From: Thermodesulfatator sp.
GTDB taxonomy: Bacteria > Desulfobacterota > Thermodesulfobacteria > Thermodesulfobacteriales > Thermodesulfobacteriaceae
Direction of reading: 5' to 3'
Assembly: GCA_027064165.1 (NCBI GenBank)
Contig: JAMOQE010000045.1
Location: 8,504 to 72,503, forward strand
Length of the DNA stretch: 64,000 bases
In this document: positions 1 to 9,753 of the stretch, in pieces
How the letters are laid out: each line of letters begins with the position of its first letter
Position numbering within the stretch: position 1 is the first letter of the stretch
Made by a program: the position numbers and the translations under genes
The notes under the pieces: generated by a model
Databases searched by the model: none
What the model was told of the DNA's origin: nothing
The model's input: the letters and a program-made list of their open reading frames with translations, nothing else

Positions 1-1
1 G

Positions 2-799
2 TATAATGGCTATAACTTCCTTTCAGAGCCCGTTTATAATCCCTTTGACATCTTACTTTTATTAAAAAACAGGAGGTTTCGTTCTTACTGGTTTGAGACA
101 GGTACTCCTACTTTTCTAATCAAGCTACTTTTAGAAAAAAAGATTGCTTTTCCATCTCTTGAACGCCTTGTCACAGGAGAGGAAATTCTTGAAAGCTTTG
201 ATGTAGATCGTATCTATCCTGAAACCATACTTTTTCAAACAGGTTACTTGACCATAAAAGATGTTTATCAAACAGGGCCTATGGAGACTTTTGAACTTTC
301 TTATCCTAATTTGGAAGTTAAAATGAGTTTTAATAACTTTTTGTTAACCACCTTTATTGACCTTTCAGTAAAACAAAAAGGGTTAAGAGATATTTACTTA
401 GCCCTTTCAGAAGGAGAAGTAGAAAAATTAAAAGAAGTTTTCAGGGGTCTTTTTGCAAGTATTCCATATAACTGGTTTCAAAAAAATAATTTAGAAGAGT
501 ATGAAGGGTTTTATGGGAGTGTGTTTTATGCATACTTTAGTGCATTGGGTTTAGATTTAAAGGTGGAGGAAATGACAAATCAGGGAAGGCTTGATATGGC
601 GGTGATATTTGGAGAGAGGGCATATATATTTGAGTTTAAAGTGGTGGACTCCGGAGCAACTCACCAGGCAATAAAGCAACTTAAAGAAAAAAAATATTGG
701 GAAAAATACTCAAAAAAATATAAAGAGGTTTATCTTATCGGGATTGAGTTTAGCAAACAGGAGAGAAACATTGTGAGTTTTGAGGTGGAGAGGATTTGA
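2..799 (+). CDS. AAA-ATPase-like / PD-(D/E)XK nuclease (DUF1703-type) family protein, 5' end cut by the window edge
   Basis: Frame 2 is open from nt 2 (YNGYNFLSEPVYNPFDILLLLKNRRFRSYWFETGTPTFLIKLL...). It runs straight into the listed 248..799 ORF, whose first codon is an internal TTG. The WFETGTP block and the C-terminal GRLDMAV...YIFEFK block resemble the predicted-ATPase plus PD-(D/E)XK C-terminal module family. Confidence 0.55.
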   Translation, partial: YNGYNFLSEPVYNPFDILLLLKNRRFRSYWFETGTPTFLIKLLLEKKIAFPSLERLVTGEEILESFDVDRIYPETILFQTGYLTIKDVYQTGPMETFELSYPNLEVKMSFNNFLLTTFIDLSVKQKGLRDIYLALSEGEVEKLKEVFRGLFASIPYNWFQKNNLEEYEGFYGSVFYAYFSALGLDLKVEEMTNQGRLDMAVIFGERAYIFEFKVVDSGATHQAIKQLKEKKYWEKYSKKYKEVYLIGIEFSKQERNIVSFEVERI

Positions 800-847
800 A
801 GGCAAGCTTGACAACCAGGTGTTGTAGAATAGAATAAGGAGTGAATT

Positions 848-1561
848 ATGAGGGCAGATGGAAGGGCTTTTGACGAGATAAGGGAGCTTAAAATAAAGCC
901 AGGATTTTTGAAAAATCCCTTAAGTTCTGTGCTGGTGGAGCTGGGGAATACCATGGTGCTGTGCACAGTGAGCTTAGATGAAAAGGTGCCTCCTTTTCTA
1001 AAGGGCACTGGCACAGGCTGGATCACTGCTGAGTATGCCTTTATTCCTGGTGCCACCTCAGATAGAACTCCCCGTGAGACCATGGGGAGAAAGGGCCGCT
1101 CCATGGAAATCCAGAGGCTTATTGGCAGAACCCTGAGGGCAGTGGTGGATTTAAGTAAGCTCGGAGAGAGAACACTCTGGATTGATTGCGAGGTTTTAAA
1201 TGCAGATGGAGGAACAAGAACCGCCTCTGTAATTGGTGGCTTTGTAGCCTTAAAACTTGCCATAAAAGAGCTCATCGGAAGAGGTGTGATACAGGAAGAT
1301 CCTGTTTTAGAGTACATGGCAGGTATAAGCGTGGGAAAAATTGGAGGAAATTTTCTTTTAGACCTTAGCTATGAAGAGGATGTTGCTGCTGAGGTGGACG
1401 CCAATTTCTTTCTCACAGAGTCAGGCAAGGTGGTAGAAATTCAGGCAGGGGCAGAGAGCATGCCCTTTTCCTGGGAAGACTTTGAGAGGATGAAAGAGCT
1501 TGCTGAAAAAGGCATAAAAGAAATTATTCAAAAACAAAAAAAGGTTCTGGAGAATGGATAA
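848..1561 (+). CDS. rph: Ribonuclease PH
   Basis: MRADGR..DEIR..., GWITAEY, ADGGTRTASI-like motifs over the full length of 237 aa. AAGGAG lies upstream of the ATG. Confidence 0.95.
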   Translation: MRADGRAFDEIRELKIKPGFLKNPLSSVLVELGNTMVLCTVSLDEKVPPFLKGTGTGWITAEYAFIPGATSDRTPRETMGRKGRSMEIQRLIGRTLRAVVDLSKLGERTLWIDCEVLNADGGTRTASVIGGFVALKLAIKELIGRGVIQEDPVLEYMAGISVGKIGGNFLLDLSYEEDVAAEVDANFFLTESGKVVEIQAGAESMPFSWEDFERMKELAEKGIKEIIQKQKKVLENG

Positions 1562-2165
1562 GGTAATTCTAATTGCCAGCTCAAACCAGGGAAAAATAAG
1601 AGAAATTTCTGCTTTGCTTTCTCCTTATGGATTTAAAATAAAAACCCTGAAGGACTTTCCTGAAATTCCTCCTCCAGAAGAAACTGGAAAAAGCTTTTTT
1701 GAAAATGCACTTCTTAAGGCAAAATATTATACAGAAAAGACCGGGCTTGCTTCTCTTGCTGATGACTCAGGGCTTGAAGTGGATGCCTTAGATGGTGCTC
1801 CAGGAATTTACTCAGCAAGATTTGCAGGAGAAAATGCAACTGACGAAGATAACAACAAAAAACTCCTTGAGCTTTTAAAGGATGTACCAGAGGAAAAGCG
1901 GACTGCAAGATTTGTGTGCGTGATGGTGCTTTATCATCCTTCTGGAAAGTACTTAGTGGCTGAAGGAGTGTGGGAAGGAAAAATTGCCACCTCTCCAAGG
2001 GGAACTCATGGATTTGGTTATGATCCTCTGTTTCTGGTGAAAGAGCTGGAGTATAAAAAAACATCAGCAGAACTCTTGCCAGAAGAGAAAAATCGTTTAA
2101 GTCACAGGGCAAAGGCTTTAAAAGAGCTCGTTCAAAAAATCCCTGAGTTCTGGAAAGAGCTTTGA
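1554..2165 (+). CDS. rdgB: dITP/XTP pyrophosphatase (Ham1/RdgB family)
   Basis: ASSNQGKIREI, DDSGLEVDALDGAPGIYSARF and GFGYDPLF motifs. It overlaps the rph stop by 8 nt, and rph-rdgB is a conserved pair. Confidence 0.9.
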   Translation: MDKVILIASSNQGKIREISALLSPYGFKIKTLKDFPEIPPPEETGKSFFENALLKAKYYTEKTGLASLADDSGLEVDALDGAPGIYSARFAGENATDEDNNKKLLELLKDVPEEKRTARFVCVMVLYHPSGKYLVAEGVWEGKIATSPRGTHGFGYDPLFLVKELEYKKTSAELLPEEKNRLSHRAKALKELVQKIPEFWKEL

Positions 2166-2863
2166 AACTTCCAGCAGAGCTGATTTATCCTGAAAACCTG
2201 ATCTCTCAAGATATTATTGCTTTTTTTTCAAAAAAACTGCCTATCAATTTTTCTTTTGAGAACTTTAAGCCAGAAGGCTTTGAGCTTTTTCTTCCCCGTC
2301 AGATTCACAGTGCCAAGGTAGTGGAAGTAAACGCACCTTCTGTGTTTGAAATAAAAGCTGATGCAGGGTTTACTATGAAAAAAGGGCTTCTGATAGGAGT
2401 GCTCACCGCAGATTGTCTTCCTGTGCTCTTTAAAAGTGAGACATCACAAAATAGACTTATAGTTGGTGCTGTTCATGCAGGCTGGAGAGGCTCAGTGAAA
2501 AAAATCCTTTTTCATGCTTTAAAACGGGTTTTTACAGAAAAAAAGGGGCTTCCAGAAAAGACTTTCGTGGCCTTTGGTCCACACATAAAAAGCTGTTGTT
2601 ATGAAGTAAAAAAGGATGTTCTGGAAGAGGTGAAAAAAAGTTTTGGCACAATTGAGTCTTTTGTAGAAAAAAGAGAGAATGCCTATTTTTTGAGCCTTTT
2701 AAAGCTTAATCTTTTTCAAGTAAAAGAACTTGGCATTCCGGAGAAAAATATATGGATCTGTGAAGACTGTACTTTTTGTAAAAGCGATGAATACTGGTCC
2801 TATAGAAAGGATGGAGAAAAAAGAGGTTCCCAAATTTCCCTTATAGGGATAAGAAAATGCTGA
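2162..2863 (+). CDS. pgeF: YfiH/PgeF laccase-domain (purine nucleoside phosphorylase / peptidoglycan editing factor) family protein
   Basis: QIHSAKVV, TADCLPVLF, HAGWRG and CC.EV motifs. TTG start overlaps the rdgB stop. Confidence 0.8.
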   Translation: MKLPAELIYPENLISQDIIAFFSKKLPINFSFENFKPEGFELFLPRQIHSAKVVEVNAPSVFEIKADAGFTMKKGLLIGVLTADCLPVLFKSETSQNRLIVGAVHAGWRGSVKKILFHALKRVFTEKKGLPEKTFVAFGPHIKSCCYEVKKDVLEEVKKSFGTIESFVEKRENAYFLSLLKLNLFQVKELGIPEKNIWICEDCTFCKSDEYWSYRKDGEKRGSQISLIGIRKC

Positions 2864-4131
2864 GAGGGATTTACTCTCTTTTTTACATAGGAGTATATCC
2901 ATTCTTTTTACCAAGGGAGTTTTTAAAAAAGCCAAAGGAGCTGAGAACGACCTGGATAAAAGAGAGATTTGCCCTTTATACAAAAGCTTATTTTTCCTCT
3001 CTTAAGAGAAAGAAAGTCTGGATTCATGCTGTTTCAGTGGGAGAGGTCCTGGCAGTGGTGCCTCTTGTAAAAAGGCTTTCAGAGGAGTTTGATGTGGTGC
3101 TAAGCACCATTACTGAGACAGGAAGAGAGGTGGCTTTAAATAAGCTTAAAGGGCTCCCTGTTAAAGTGATATTTTTGCCTGTTGATTGCCCCTTTGCGGT
3201 AAGGAGGGCAATTTCTGCTATAAAGCCCTCCATGCTTCTTATTGCTGAAACTGAAATCTGGCCAAATTTAATAATGGAAGCAGTAAAAAAAATGCCAGTT
3301 GCCCTTATAAATGCAAGGCTCTCTGAGAAGTCTTATAAGCGTTATAAAAAACTCTCTTTTTTCTTTGCTCCAATTTTGAATAGCCTTTCCTTTATAGGAG
3401 TTCAAGAAAAGATTTATGCTGAAAGGTTTGCAGATATTGGAGTTAAACCTGAGAAACTTTATCTTACTGGAAATGTAAAATTTGATCTTGAGATAAAAGA
3501 TGAATCCTTCCCCTGGGCAAAACAGCTTCCAAGTCCTGTTATAATTGCAGGGAGCACCCATCACCCAGAGGAAAAACTGATTCTTGAGTCGTTTTTGAAT
3601 GTATTTTCAGAAGGAACCCTCATTCTTGCGCCAAGACATCCACAAAGACTGGAAGAGGTGAAAAATTTGGTAAAAAGTCAGCTCAAGCCAGGAGCAGGTT
3701 TTACTCCCTTGACTCAGCTGGAAAAGGGAGAACTTCCCCAGGGGAATCCCTTTATAATTCTTGTTGACAAAATGGGGGTGCTTGGAGCCCTTTATAGAAT
3801 CTGTGATCTTGCCATTATAGGAGGAAGTTTTATCCCTCACGGTGGACAAAATCCCCTTGAGGCAATTTACTGGAAAAAGCCTGTGATTTTCGGCCCTTCT
3901 ATGGAAAATTTTCCTTTTATCAAAGAATTTCTGGAAAAAGGGCTCTGCTTTCAGACAGATTCCTCTGCCCTTCCCTCTTTACTTAAAACTTTCAAAAAAG
4001 CACCTCAAGAGTTTGAAAAAGTCGGTGAAAAGGCATATAAGCTTTTAAAAGAAAAAAGCGGAGCCACAAAAAAAACTTTTGACCTTGTGAAAAAATATTT
4101 TTGTCTTACAAAATCCAGAGTCTCTGAATAA
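2857..4131 (+). CDS. waaA: 3-deoxy-D-manno-octulosonic acid (Kdo) transferase
   Basis: WIHAVSVGEV, ETEIWPN and GGSF..HGGQNPLEA motifs typical of KdtA/WaaA. The ATG overlaps the pgeF stop. Confidence 0.9.
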   Translation: MLRGIYSLFYIGVYPFFLPREFLKKPKELRTTWIKERFALYTKAYFSSLKRKKVWIHAVSVGEVLAVVPLVKRLSEEFDVVLSTITETGREVALNKLKGLPVKVIFLPVDCPFAVRRAISAIKPSMLLIAETEIWPNLIMEAVKKMPVALINARLSEKSYKRYKKLSFFFAPILNSLSFIGVQEKIYAERFADIGVKPEKLYLTGNVKFDLEIKDESFPWAKQLPSPVIIAGSTHHPEEKLILESFLNVFSEGTLILAPRHPQRLEEVKNLVKSQLKPGAGFTPLTQLEKGELPQGNPFIILVDKMGVLGALYRICDLAIIGGSFIPHGGQNPLEAIYWKKPVIFGPSMENFPFIKEFLEKGLCFQTDSSALPSLLKTFKKAPQEFEKVGEKAYKLLKEKSGATKKTFDLVKKYFCLTKSRVSE

Positions 4132-4236
4132 GTAAACTCTTTTTATTGTCGCATTTCTGGTATTGCAAAATGTGTTTTTTACTTTAATTTTTTTATTTCA
4201 ATACATGATTTAATCCTTAAAAAAAGGAGGACGTGT

Positions 4237-5820
4237 ATGGAATTTTTAATAGCAATTTTACCTATCTTAGTAGTTCTCATAGGCATGGTATTTTTTCACC
4301 GCTCAGGCACTTTTGTCTCAATTATAGGATGGATTCTTACAGCAATTGTAGCAGTTTATTATTTCAAAACTCCCTGGAATGTGGTTTGGGGAGCAAGTCT
4401 TGTGGGAATCGTAAAGGCACTTGGCATTACCCTGGCAGTAACCTTTACCATGCTCTTAATTTTTATCATGAAGGAAACAGGGGCTTTAAAAACAATCATT
4501 GACTATGTAAAAGGCATTACCAGGACAAAAGAGGAACAGGCGCTTTTCATTGGAATGGGTTTTGGCTCTCTCAGTACTGCCCTTGGAATGGTGACTCCTG
4601 CTATGTTTCCCCCAATCTTTAGACTGCTTGGATTTGCTCCAATAGCCGCCATTGGTATAAGTATTCTCTGTTATGATCCCCTCACTTCTTTTGCCCTGTT
4701 TTCTATTCCGGTTACCCTGCCTGCAAAAGTTGCTACGCTCTTTGGAATAAAACCACCCGGTATCACTAATGTGCACGAGTTTATCTGGGATTTCGCCTAT
4801 AAAATTACTGTATTTTTACCACCTGTTTCTGTAATGTTTGCCTTTTTAATGCTTCTTATGGTGGGTGGAACACAGGCAATGAAAAGACATTGGGTAGCTG
4901 CCTTACTCTCAGGGCTTGTCCTTTCTGGCACTGCGTTTTTAATAGCCAGATTTAGAATTCTTCCGGTTGAGACCATTGGCATTGCAGCAGGTTTTACAAC
5001 CATGCTTTTTACTTACTTTTATTACAGAAGTAAGGTACAAGACCACTCAGAAAGGCCTCGTTTTGGCGGAAAAGTCTTTAAAGCAGCCTCTCCTTTTATT
5101 CTGCTTATTCTCTTTTCCATAGTGGTGAACATTCCTTCTGTGAAAAAAACACTTGCCAATGTATTAGGGAGTGCTGAAGTATTTCACCTTTTTGCTCAGC
5201 ACAAAGTAGATCTCAATATATTTGCCCATGTATGGTTTTGGATTTTTGTAGTATGTATCCTTTCTATATTTATTTTAAGGCCCTCTTCTGAGCAACTTGA
5301 GAATGCTTTTAGCACCTGGATAAAAAGAATCTGGGGGCCATTTATTGCTTACTCCCTCTTCTTTGCTGTGGCCTTTATCATGGCCTGGTCTGCTATGGAG
5401 GTGGTAAATGGCAAACTCACTCCTGGTCCGTATTTCAAAACCCACAATATGGATATGATTATTGCCATGACACTTAAAGACATCTTTGGCAAAGCCTATC
5501 CCCTTATTGCGCCATTTTTAGGACTTATAGGTGCCTTTGTGGGAGGAAGCGAAACTGCCTCCAATGTACTCTTTGCCAAAATTCAATGGGGAGCCACTGT
5601 TTCAACCCTTGGAGCACAGGCCTTTATGTGGATCTATGCTGCTCATGCAGTAGGTGGTGGAATTGCTTCTGCTATTACTCCTTCTAAAATAACCAATGCT
5701 GCTGCAACCATAGGAGTTAGCGGAAGAGAAGAGGGCAGATTTATCAAGGCTGTAATTTTCCCTGTACTTTTTATGGTGCTTGTAACTGGAATTATTCTCA
5801 CTCTTATTGTATATTTTTAA
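4237..5820 (+). CDS. lctP: L-lactate permease (LctP family)
   Basis: 527-aa polytopic membrane protein with the GGSETASNVLF motif typical of LctP/GlcA. AGGAGG lies 7 nt upstream of the ATG. Confidence 0.8.
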   Translation: MEFLIAILPILVVLIGMVFFHRSGTFVSIIGWILTAIVAVYYFKTPWNVVWGASLVGIVKALGITLAVTFTMLLIFIMKETGALKTIIDYVKGITRTKEEQALFIGMGFGSLSTALGMVTPAMFPPIFRLLGFAPIAAIGISILCYDPLTSFALFSIPVTLPAKVATLFGIKPPGITNVHEFIWDFAYKITVFLPPVSVMFAFLMLLMVGGTQAMKRHWVAALLSGLVLSGTAFLIARFRILPVETIGIAAGFTTMLFTYFYYRSKVQDHSERPRFGGKVFKAASPFILLILFSIVVNIPSVKKTLANVLGSAEVFHLFAQHKVDLNIFAHVWFWIFVVCILSIFILRPSSEQLENAFSTWIKRIWGPFIAYSLFFAVAFIMAWSAMEVVNGKLTPGPYFKTHNMDMIIAMTLKDIFGKAYPLIAPFLGLIGAFVGGSETASNVLFAKIQWGATVSTLGAQAFMWIYAAHAVGGGIASAITPSKITNAAATIGVSGREEGRFIKAVIFPVLFMVLVTGIILTLIVYF

Positions 5821-5831
5821 AAAATTCAAAA

Positions 5832-5860
5832 GTGGCAGGGTTGTTATCTCCCCCTGCCAC
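5832..5860 (+). terminator. Stem-loop downstream of lctP (possible weak terminator, no U-tract)
   Basis: GTGGCAGGG (5832..5840) pairs perfectly with CCCTGCCAC (5852..5860) around an 11-nt loop. The following sequence is 'taaatta', not a T-run. Confidence 0.3.
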
Positions 5861-5880
5861 TAAATTAACCTGGAGGAAAG

Positions 5881-6846
5881 ATGTCCAAAATAATAGTTAC
5901 AGGAGCAGCTGGATTTATTGGAGCAAATCTGGTAAGAGCCCTTAATAGAAAAGGAGAAGACAGGCTTATTTTAGTGGATCACATCGCAGAGTCTGAAAAG
6001 TGGAAAAATCTTCTGGAAGTTAAATTCCTTGATTATTTTGACAAAGAAGAGTTTTTGCCTCTTCTGGAAAAAGGCTATTTTGGAAAAATAAAAGCCATTT
6101 TTCACCTTGGAGCCTGCAGTGATACCACAGTAAAAGATGTCAACTACTTGATTGAAAATAATTATAGATACTCTCAAAGGCTTGCTCTTTTTGCCATAAA
6201 AAAGGGAATTACTTTTATTTATGCCTCTTCTGCTGCCACCTATGGAGACGGGAGCCTGGGATTTTCTGATGATCACGAGCTAATTCCCAGGTTAAAGCCC
6301 TTAAATCCTTATGGTTTTTCCAAGCAGCTTTTTGACCTCTGGCTTTATTACAATGGCCTTCTTGAAAGAGTTGTGGGCCTAAAATACTTCAATGTATTTG
6401 GAGAAAGGGAGTTTCATAAAGGAGAAATGCGAAGTGTTGTTCTTAAAGCCTACGAGCAAATAAAAGAGACCGGGAAAGTAAGGCTTTTTAAGTCCTATCA
6501 TCCTGATTTTGCTGATGGAGAGCAGAAAAGGGACTTTGTCTATGTGCAGGATGCTGTTGAGATGACTCTTTTTTTCTTGGAGCATCCAGAGGCAAAAGGA
6601 ATTTTCAATGTAGGAACTGGGAAGGCAAGGAGCTTTAATGATCTTGTAAAAGCTGTTTTTAAAGCTTTGGGACTTTCTCCAAACATAGAGTACATAGAAA
6701 TGCCAGAGAAAATAAGGAATCAATATCAATACTTCACACAGGCAGATATTAGCAAAATCCGCAGGGCAGGCTATAATAAACCCATAACAGAGCTTGAAGA
6801 GGCTGTGGAAAAGTATGTAAAATTTTTAGAGACAGAGAAATGGTAA
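5881..6846 (+). CDS. hldD: ADP-L-glycero-D-manno-heptose 6-epimerase
   Basis: IIVTGAAGFIGANLV Rossmann start, YGFSK and FNVFGERE..HKGEMRS motifs, 321 aa. Confidence 0.9.
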   Translation: MSKIIVTGAAGFIGANLVRALNRKGEDRLILVDHIAESEKWKNLLEVKFLDYFDKEEFLPLLEKGYFGKIKAIFHLGACSDTTVKDVNYLIENNYRYSQRLALFAIKKGITFIYASSAATYGDGSLGFSDDHELIPRLKPLNPYGFSKQLFDLWLYYNGLLERVVGLKYFNVFGEREFHKGEMRSVVLKAYEQIKETGKVRLFKSYHPDFADGEQKRDFVYVQDAVEMTLFFLEHPEAKGIFNVGTGKARSFNDLVKAVFKALGLSPNIEYIEMPEKIRNQYQYFTQADISKIRRAGYNKPITELEEAVEKYVKFLETEKW

Positions 6847-6847
6847 A

Positions 6848-7651
6848 ATGGAAGAAGGCTCAATTTTAGAAACCTTAAAAGGACTATTCAAAAAAAAGCC
6901 AAGAGAAACAGAAGAAGTTAAAGAAGAGCTAAAAGAAGTCATTGAAGACCTCAAAGAAGATAAGCTTCTTACTCCTTTAGAAGAAAAACTATTTCTTGAC
7001 CTTCTGAGACTTAGAGAGCTCAGAGTAAGAGATTTAACTATACCCAGGCATCTTCTCAAGGGACTTGATGAAAAAAAGCCTTGGAGAGAGTTAAAGAAAG
7101 TAGTAATTTCTCATCCTCACCACTTTTATCCTGTCTATCAGGAAGTGCTGGATAATTTCACAGGGTATGTGTCTTTAAAAGACCTTGTTCCTGGACTTGT
7201 AAAAGAAGAATTTGACTGGAAGCTTTATATTAAACCAGCCCTTACACTTCCAGAACACATTTCCTTAAACTTTGCTCTTGAAAAGCTGGTTAAAAAAAAG
7301 CTAAAAATAGCCTTTGTAGTGGATGAACTTTCTGAGCTTTCAGGAATCTTAAGATTAAAAGACATTATGAAAGAACTCATGTCTGAAGAAGCATGCCCAT
7401 TTTCAAAAGATAAAGATGGCTGGTTCTTGATACCCGGAACTACCAAAATAAAAGATTTGGAAAAATGTTTAAATGTTTCTTTCCCTGAAGGTAATTTTGA
7501 AACTATTTCAGGATTTGTAATTGATGTTATCCAAAGGATTCCCCGACCAGGAGAGGAGTTTTTTATTCCTCCTTTTGAAGTAAAAATCATCTCTGCAGAT
7601 AAAAGGAAAATAGACTTACTCAAGCTAAAACTCCGTGAAAAAAATTCTTGA
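6848..7651 (+). CDS. corC: CorC/HlyC-family protein (CBS pair plus transporter-associated domain)
   Basis: The central region resembles a CBS pair and the C-terminus resembles a CorC_HlyC domain (ETISGFV...PRPGEEF). It lies directly upstream of lnt, as ybeX-lnt does in E. coli. Confidence 0.7.
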   Translation: MEEGSILETLKGLFKKKPRETEEVKEELKEVIEDLKEDKLLTPLEEKLFLDLLRLRELRVRDLTIPRHLLKGLDEKKPWRELKKVVISHPHHFYPVYQEVLDNFTGYVSLKDLVPGLVKEEFDWKLYIKPALTLPEHISLNFALEKLVKKKLKIAFVVDELSELSGILRLKDIMKELMSEEACPFSKDKDGWFLIPGTTKIKDLEKCLNVSFPEGNFETISGFVIDVIQRIPRPGEEFFIPPFEVKIISADKRKIDLLKLKLREKNS

Positions 7652-9185
7652 GTATTTAATTATTTCTATCAGTGGTACCCTGCTTGCCCTCTCCTTTCCT
7701 AAATATAACTTTTACATATTTTCTCTTTTTTCTTTGGTGCCAATTTTTTACTTTCTTGAACAACTGAACCCTATAGTTGCTGGATTTGCATGGAGTATGC
7801 CCTATTTTTTTATCCTTCTTTACTGGCTGCCCTACACCATTGAAAAATACGGAAATTTAAGTCCTTTTTTAAGCTGGGGGGTGCTCTTTCTTCTCTCACT
7901 CTATCTTTCCATTTTTTATGCCTTCCTTTTCTATGCAATAAAAATTGCAAGACTTCTCAAAAATCCTACTTTTTTTAAAGGACTCGTGGTTGGTTTTCTC
8001 TGGTGTGGCACAGAATTTTTAAGGGCCAATATTTTGACTGGATTCTCCTGGGGAGAGCTTGGTTATCTCTTAAGCAATTTTCCCCTTCTCCTGCAGATTG
8101 CTGACATTTTCGGCATCTGGGGGCTAAGCCTTGTCGTGATATTAATAAACTACTTTTTTTTCTTTCTTTTTTGTAATAAAATTTGCGTCAAAAATAAGGT
8201 TTCTTTCCTTCTTTTTCTCTCTTTCTTTTCTTTTTTGATTTTCTATGGAATCTGGTGTAAAGCCCATTTTTCAAAAATTATTAAAAAAGCACCTGAAATA
8301 AGAGTTGCTATTCTTCAGGGAAATATCCCTCAAGAAATAAAAAACGAAAGCGATATTTCCTATTCTCTAAATACCTATCTTGAGATGTTTGTACAAATTC
8401 CTCCCGATACAGAACTTGTACTTACCCCTGAAACTGCCCTGCCCTTCTTTTTTCCGGACGATCCACCTTCCATGCCTGTTCTCAATTTTTTTAAAAAGAA
8501 AAAAAGCACATTTGTAATAGGGGCTTTCCGCCTGGGAAAAAAACAAAATCTTTCACCAAAATATTACAATACCCTTTTTGTAATAAAAAATGGACAAATA
8601 GTGGATTTTTATGACAAAGAAAAGCTTGTGCCTTTTGGAGAGTATGTGCCTCTTGCCAATTATTTAAGTTTTTTGAAAAAATTTACAGTGGGTTTAACTT
8701 CCCTTAGCCCTGGTTATGGAAAAAATTTAAAACTCCCGCTTGCAAAAGAAAAAATTTCTGCCACTCCTCTTATCTGCTTTGAAAGTGCCTTTTCAGAACT
8801 TTTAAGAAAGCGAGTAAAAGAAAGTCAACTTGTACTTATAGCCACAAATGATGCCTGGTTTGACAAAAGCTCTGCCCCTTTTCAGCATTTTCAAATGGCC
8901 ATCGTAAGGGCAGTTGAAGCAAGAAAATACATCCTTCAGGCAGCAAATACAGGAATTTCAGGCATAATTGATCCCCTGGGAAAGGTCATAAAAAAAAGCA
9001 GACTAAATCAAAGAATAATTCTTTACGGAAAAGTAAGACTTATAAAAAAAGAGCCCCTTTTTGCTACTTTTGGAGATATTCTGGGAAAAAGCGGGGCACT
9101 TTTGCTTATTCTTCTGTTAATTTACCTTCCCTTAAAAAATAAGTTTTCCAGGAAAGCTCTCTCACCAGATCTTTATCGTGAGTAA
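7635..9185 (+). CDS. lnt: Apolipoprotein N-acyltransferase
   Basis: Multi-TM N-terminal half followed by a nitrilase-like domain (ILQGNIPQE, LVPFGEYVP, ICFES, ATNDAWF). GTG start. The last 80 nt overlap the convergent cbiO. Confidence 0.85.
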   Translation: MKKILEYLIISISGTLLALSFPKYNFYIFSLFSLVPIFYFLEQLNPIVAGFAWSMPYFFILLYWLPYTIEKYGNLSPFLSWGVLFLLSLYLSIFYAFLFYAIKIARLLKNPTFFKGLVVGFLWCGTEFLRANILTGFSWGELGYLLSNFPLLLQIADIFGIWGLSLVVILINYFFFFLFCNKICVKNKVSFLLFLSFFSFLIFYGIWCKAHFSKIIKKAPEIRVAILQGNIPQEIKNESDISYSLNTYLEMFVQIPPDTELVLTPETALPFFFPDDPPSMPVLNFFKKKKSTFVIGAFRLGKKQNLSPKYYNTLFVIKNGQIVDFYDKEKLVPFGEYVPLANYLSFLKKFTVGLTSLSPGYGKNLKLPLAKEKISATPLICFESAFSELLRKRVKESQLVLIATNDAWFDKSSAPFQHFQMAIVRAVEARKYILQAANTGISGIIDPLGKVIKKSRLNQRIILYGKVRLIKKEPLFATFGDILGKSGALLLILLLIYLPLKNKFSRKALSPDLYRE

Positions 9186-9753
9186 CAACTATTACACTTT
9201 TGTCAGTATTCTTAAGAAATTCTACCAAAATTCTAAAATTTTTTTCATCAAGGCCATTTGAAGGCTCATCCATAATAAGAAGCTCAGGCTCCATAGTAAG
9301 CACACAGGCAATAGACACAATTCTTTTTTCTCCTCCTGAAAGTTCATAAGTATTCTTATGACGAAGATGTTCAATGTTAAAAAACGCCAAAATTTCGCTC
9401 ACTTTTTCTTTTATCCTTTTTCTATCCCATCCGAGATTTAAAGGACCAAAGGCAAGCTCTTCCTCAACAGTTGGAGAAAATAACTGATCATCAGGGTTTT
9501 GAAAAACATAGCCTACATTTTTTCTAAGTTCTTGAAAATCCTTTTCATTGGCTACCACTTTTCCTTTAAACTTGATTTGGCCTTTTTGAAAAGGCACAAA
9601 ACCCATTATAGTTTCAATGAGAGTGGTTTTTCCAGCTCCATTTGGCCCAAGGATAAAAACTTTTTCTCCAGAAGAGAGGGAAAAACTGATTTTGTTTAAT
9701 ATTATCTGCTCTTTTAAAATTACAGTAAGATTATTCAGACTTAGAAGAGACAT
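9106..9753 (-). CDS. cbiO: ECF-type nickel/cobalt transporter ATPase (CbiO/NikO)
   Basis: Walker A GPNGAGKTT, signature LSGGEKR and Walker B LLIMDEP. It is the last gene of the Nik/Cbi cluster. Confidence 0.85.
   Translation of the reverse strand: MSLLSLNNLTVILKEQIILNKISFSLSSGEKVFILGPNGAGKTTLIETIMGFVPFQKGQIKFKGKVVANEKDFQELRKNVGYVFQNPDDQLFSPTVEEELAFGPLNLGWDRKRIKEKVSEILAFFNIEHLRHKNTYELSGGEKRIVSIACVLTMEPELLIMDEPSNGLDEKNFRILVEFLKNTDKSVIVVTHDKDLVRELSWKTYFLREGKLTEE

Noticed and set aside
730-1317. 195-aa minus-strand ORF antisense to rph
   Set aside because: It lies entirely inside the confidently identified RNase PH gene. The product is Ser/Pro/Leu-rich with no start context. This is a typical shadow ORF.
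4233-4502. 89-aa ORF overlapping the lctP start in another frame
   Set aside because: The frame starting at 4237 gives a full-length lactate permease with a properly spaced AGGAGG. The 4233 frame gives a Ser/Cys/His-rich product with no support.
9106-9185. 80-nt convergent overlap between lnt and cbiO
   Set aside because: The Lnt tail after its last TM helix (…KNKFSRKALSPDLYRE) looks like a non-conserved run-on until the first stop. Overlapping convergent 3' ends are common in compact genomes, so this is not evidence of a special feature.
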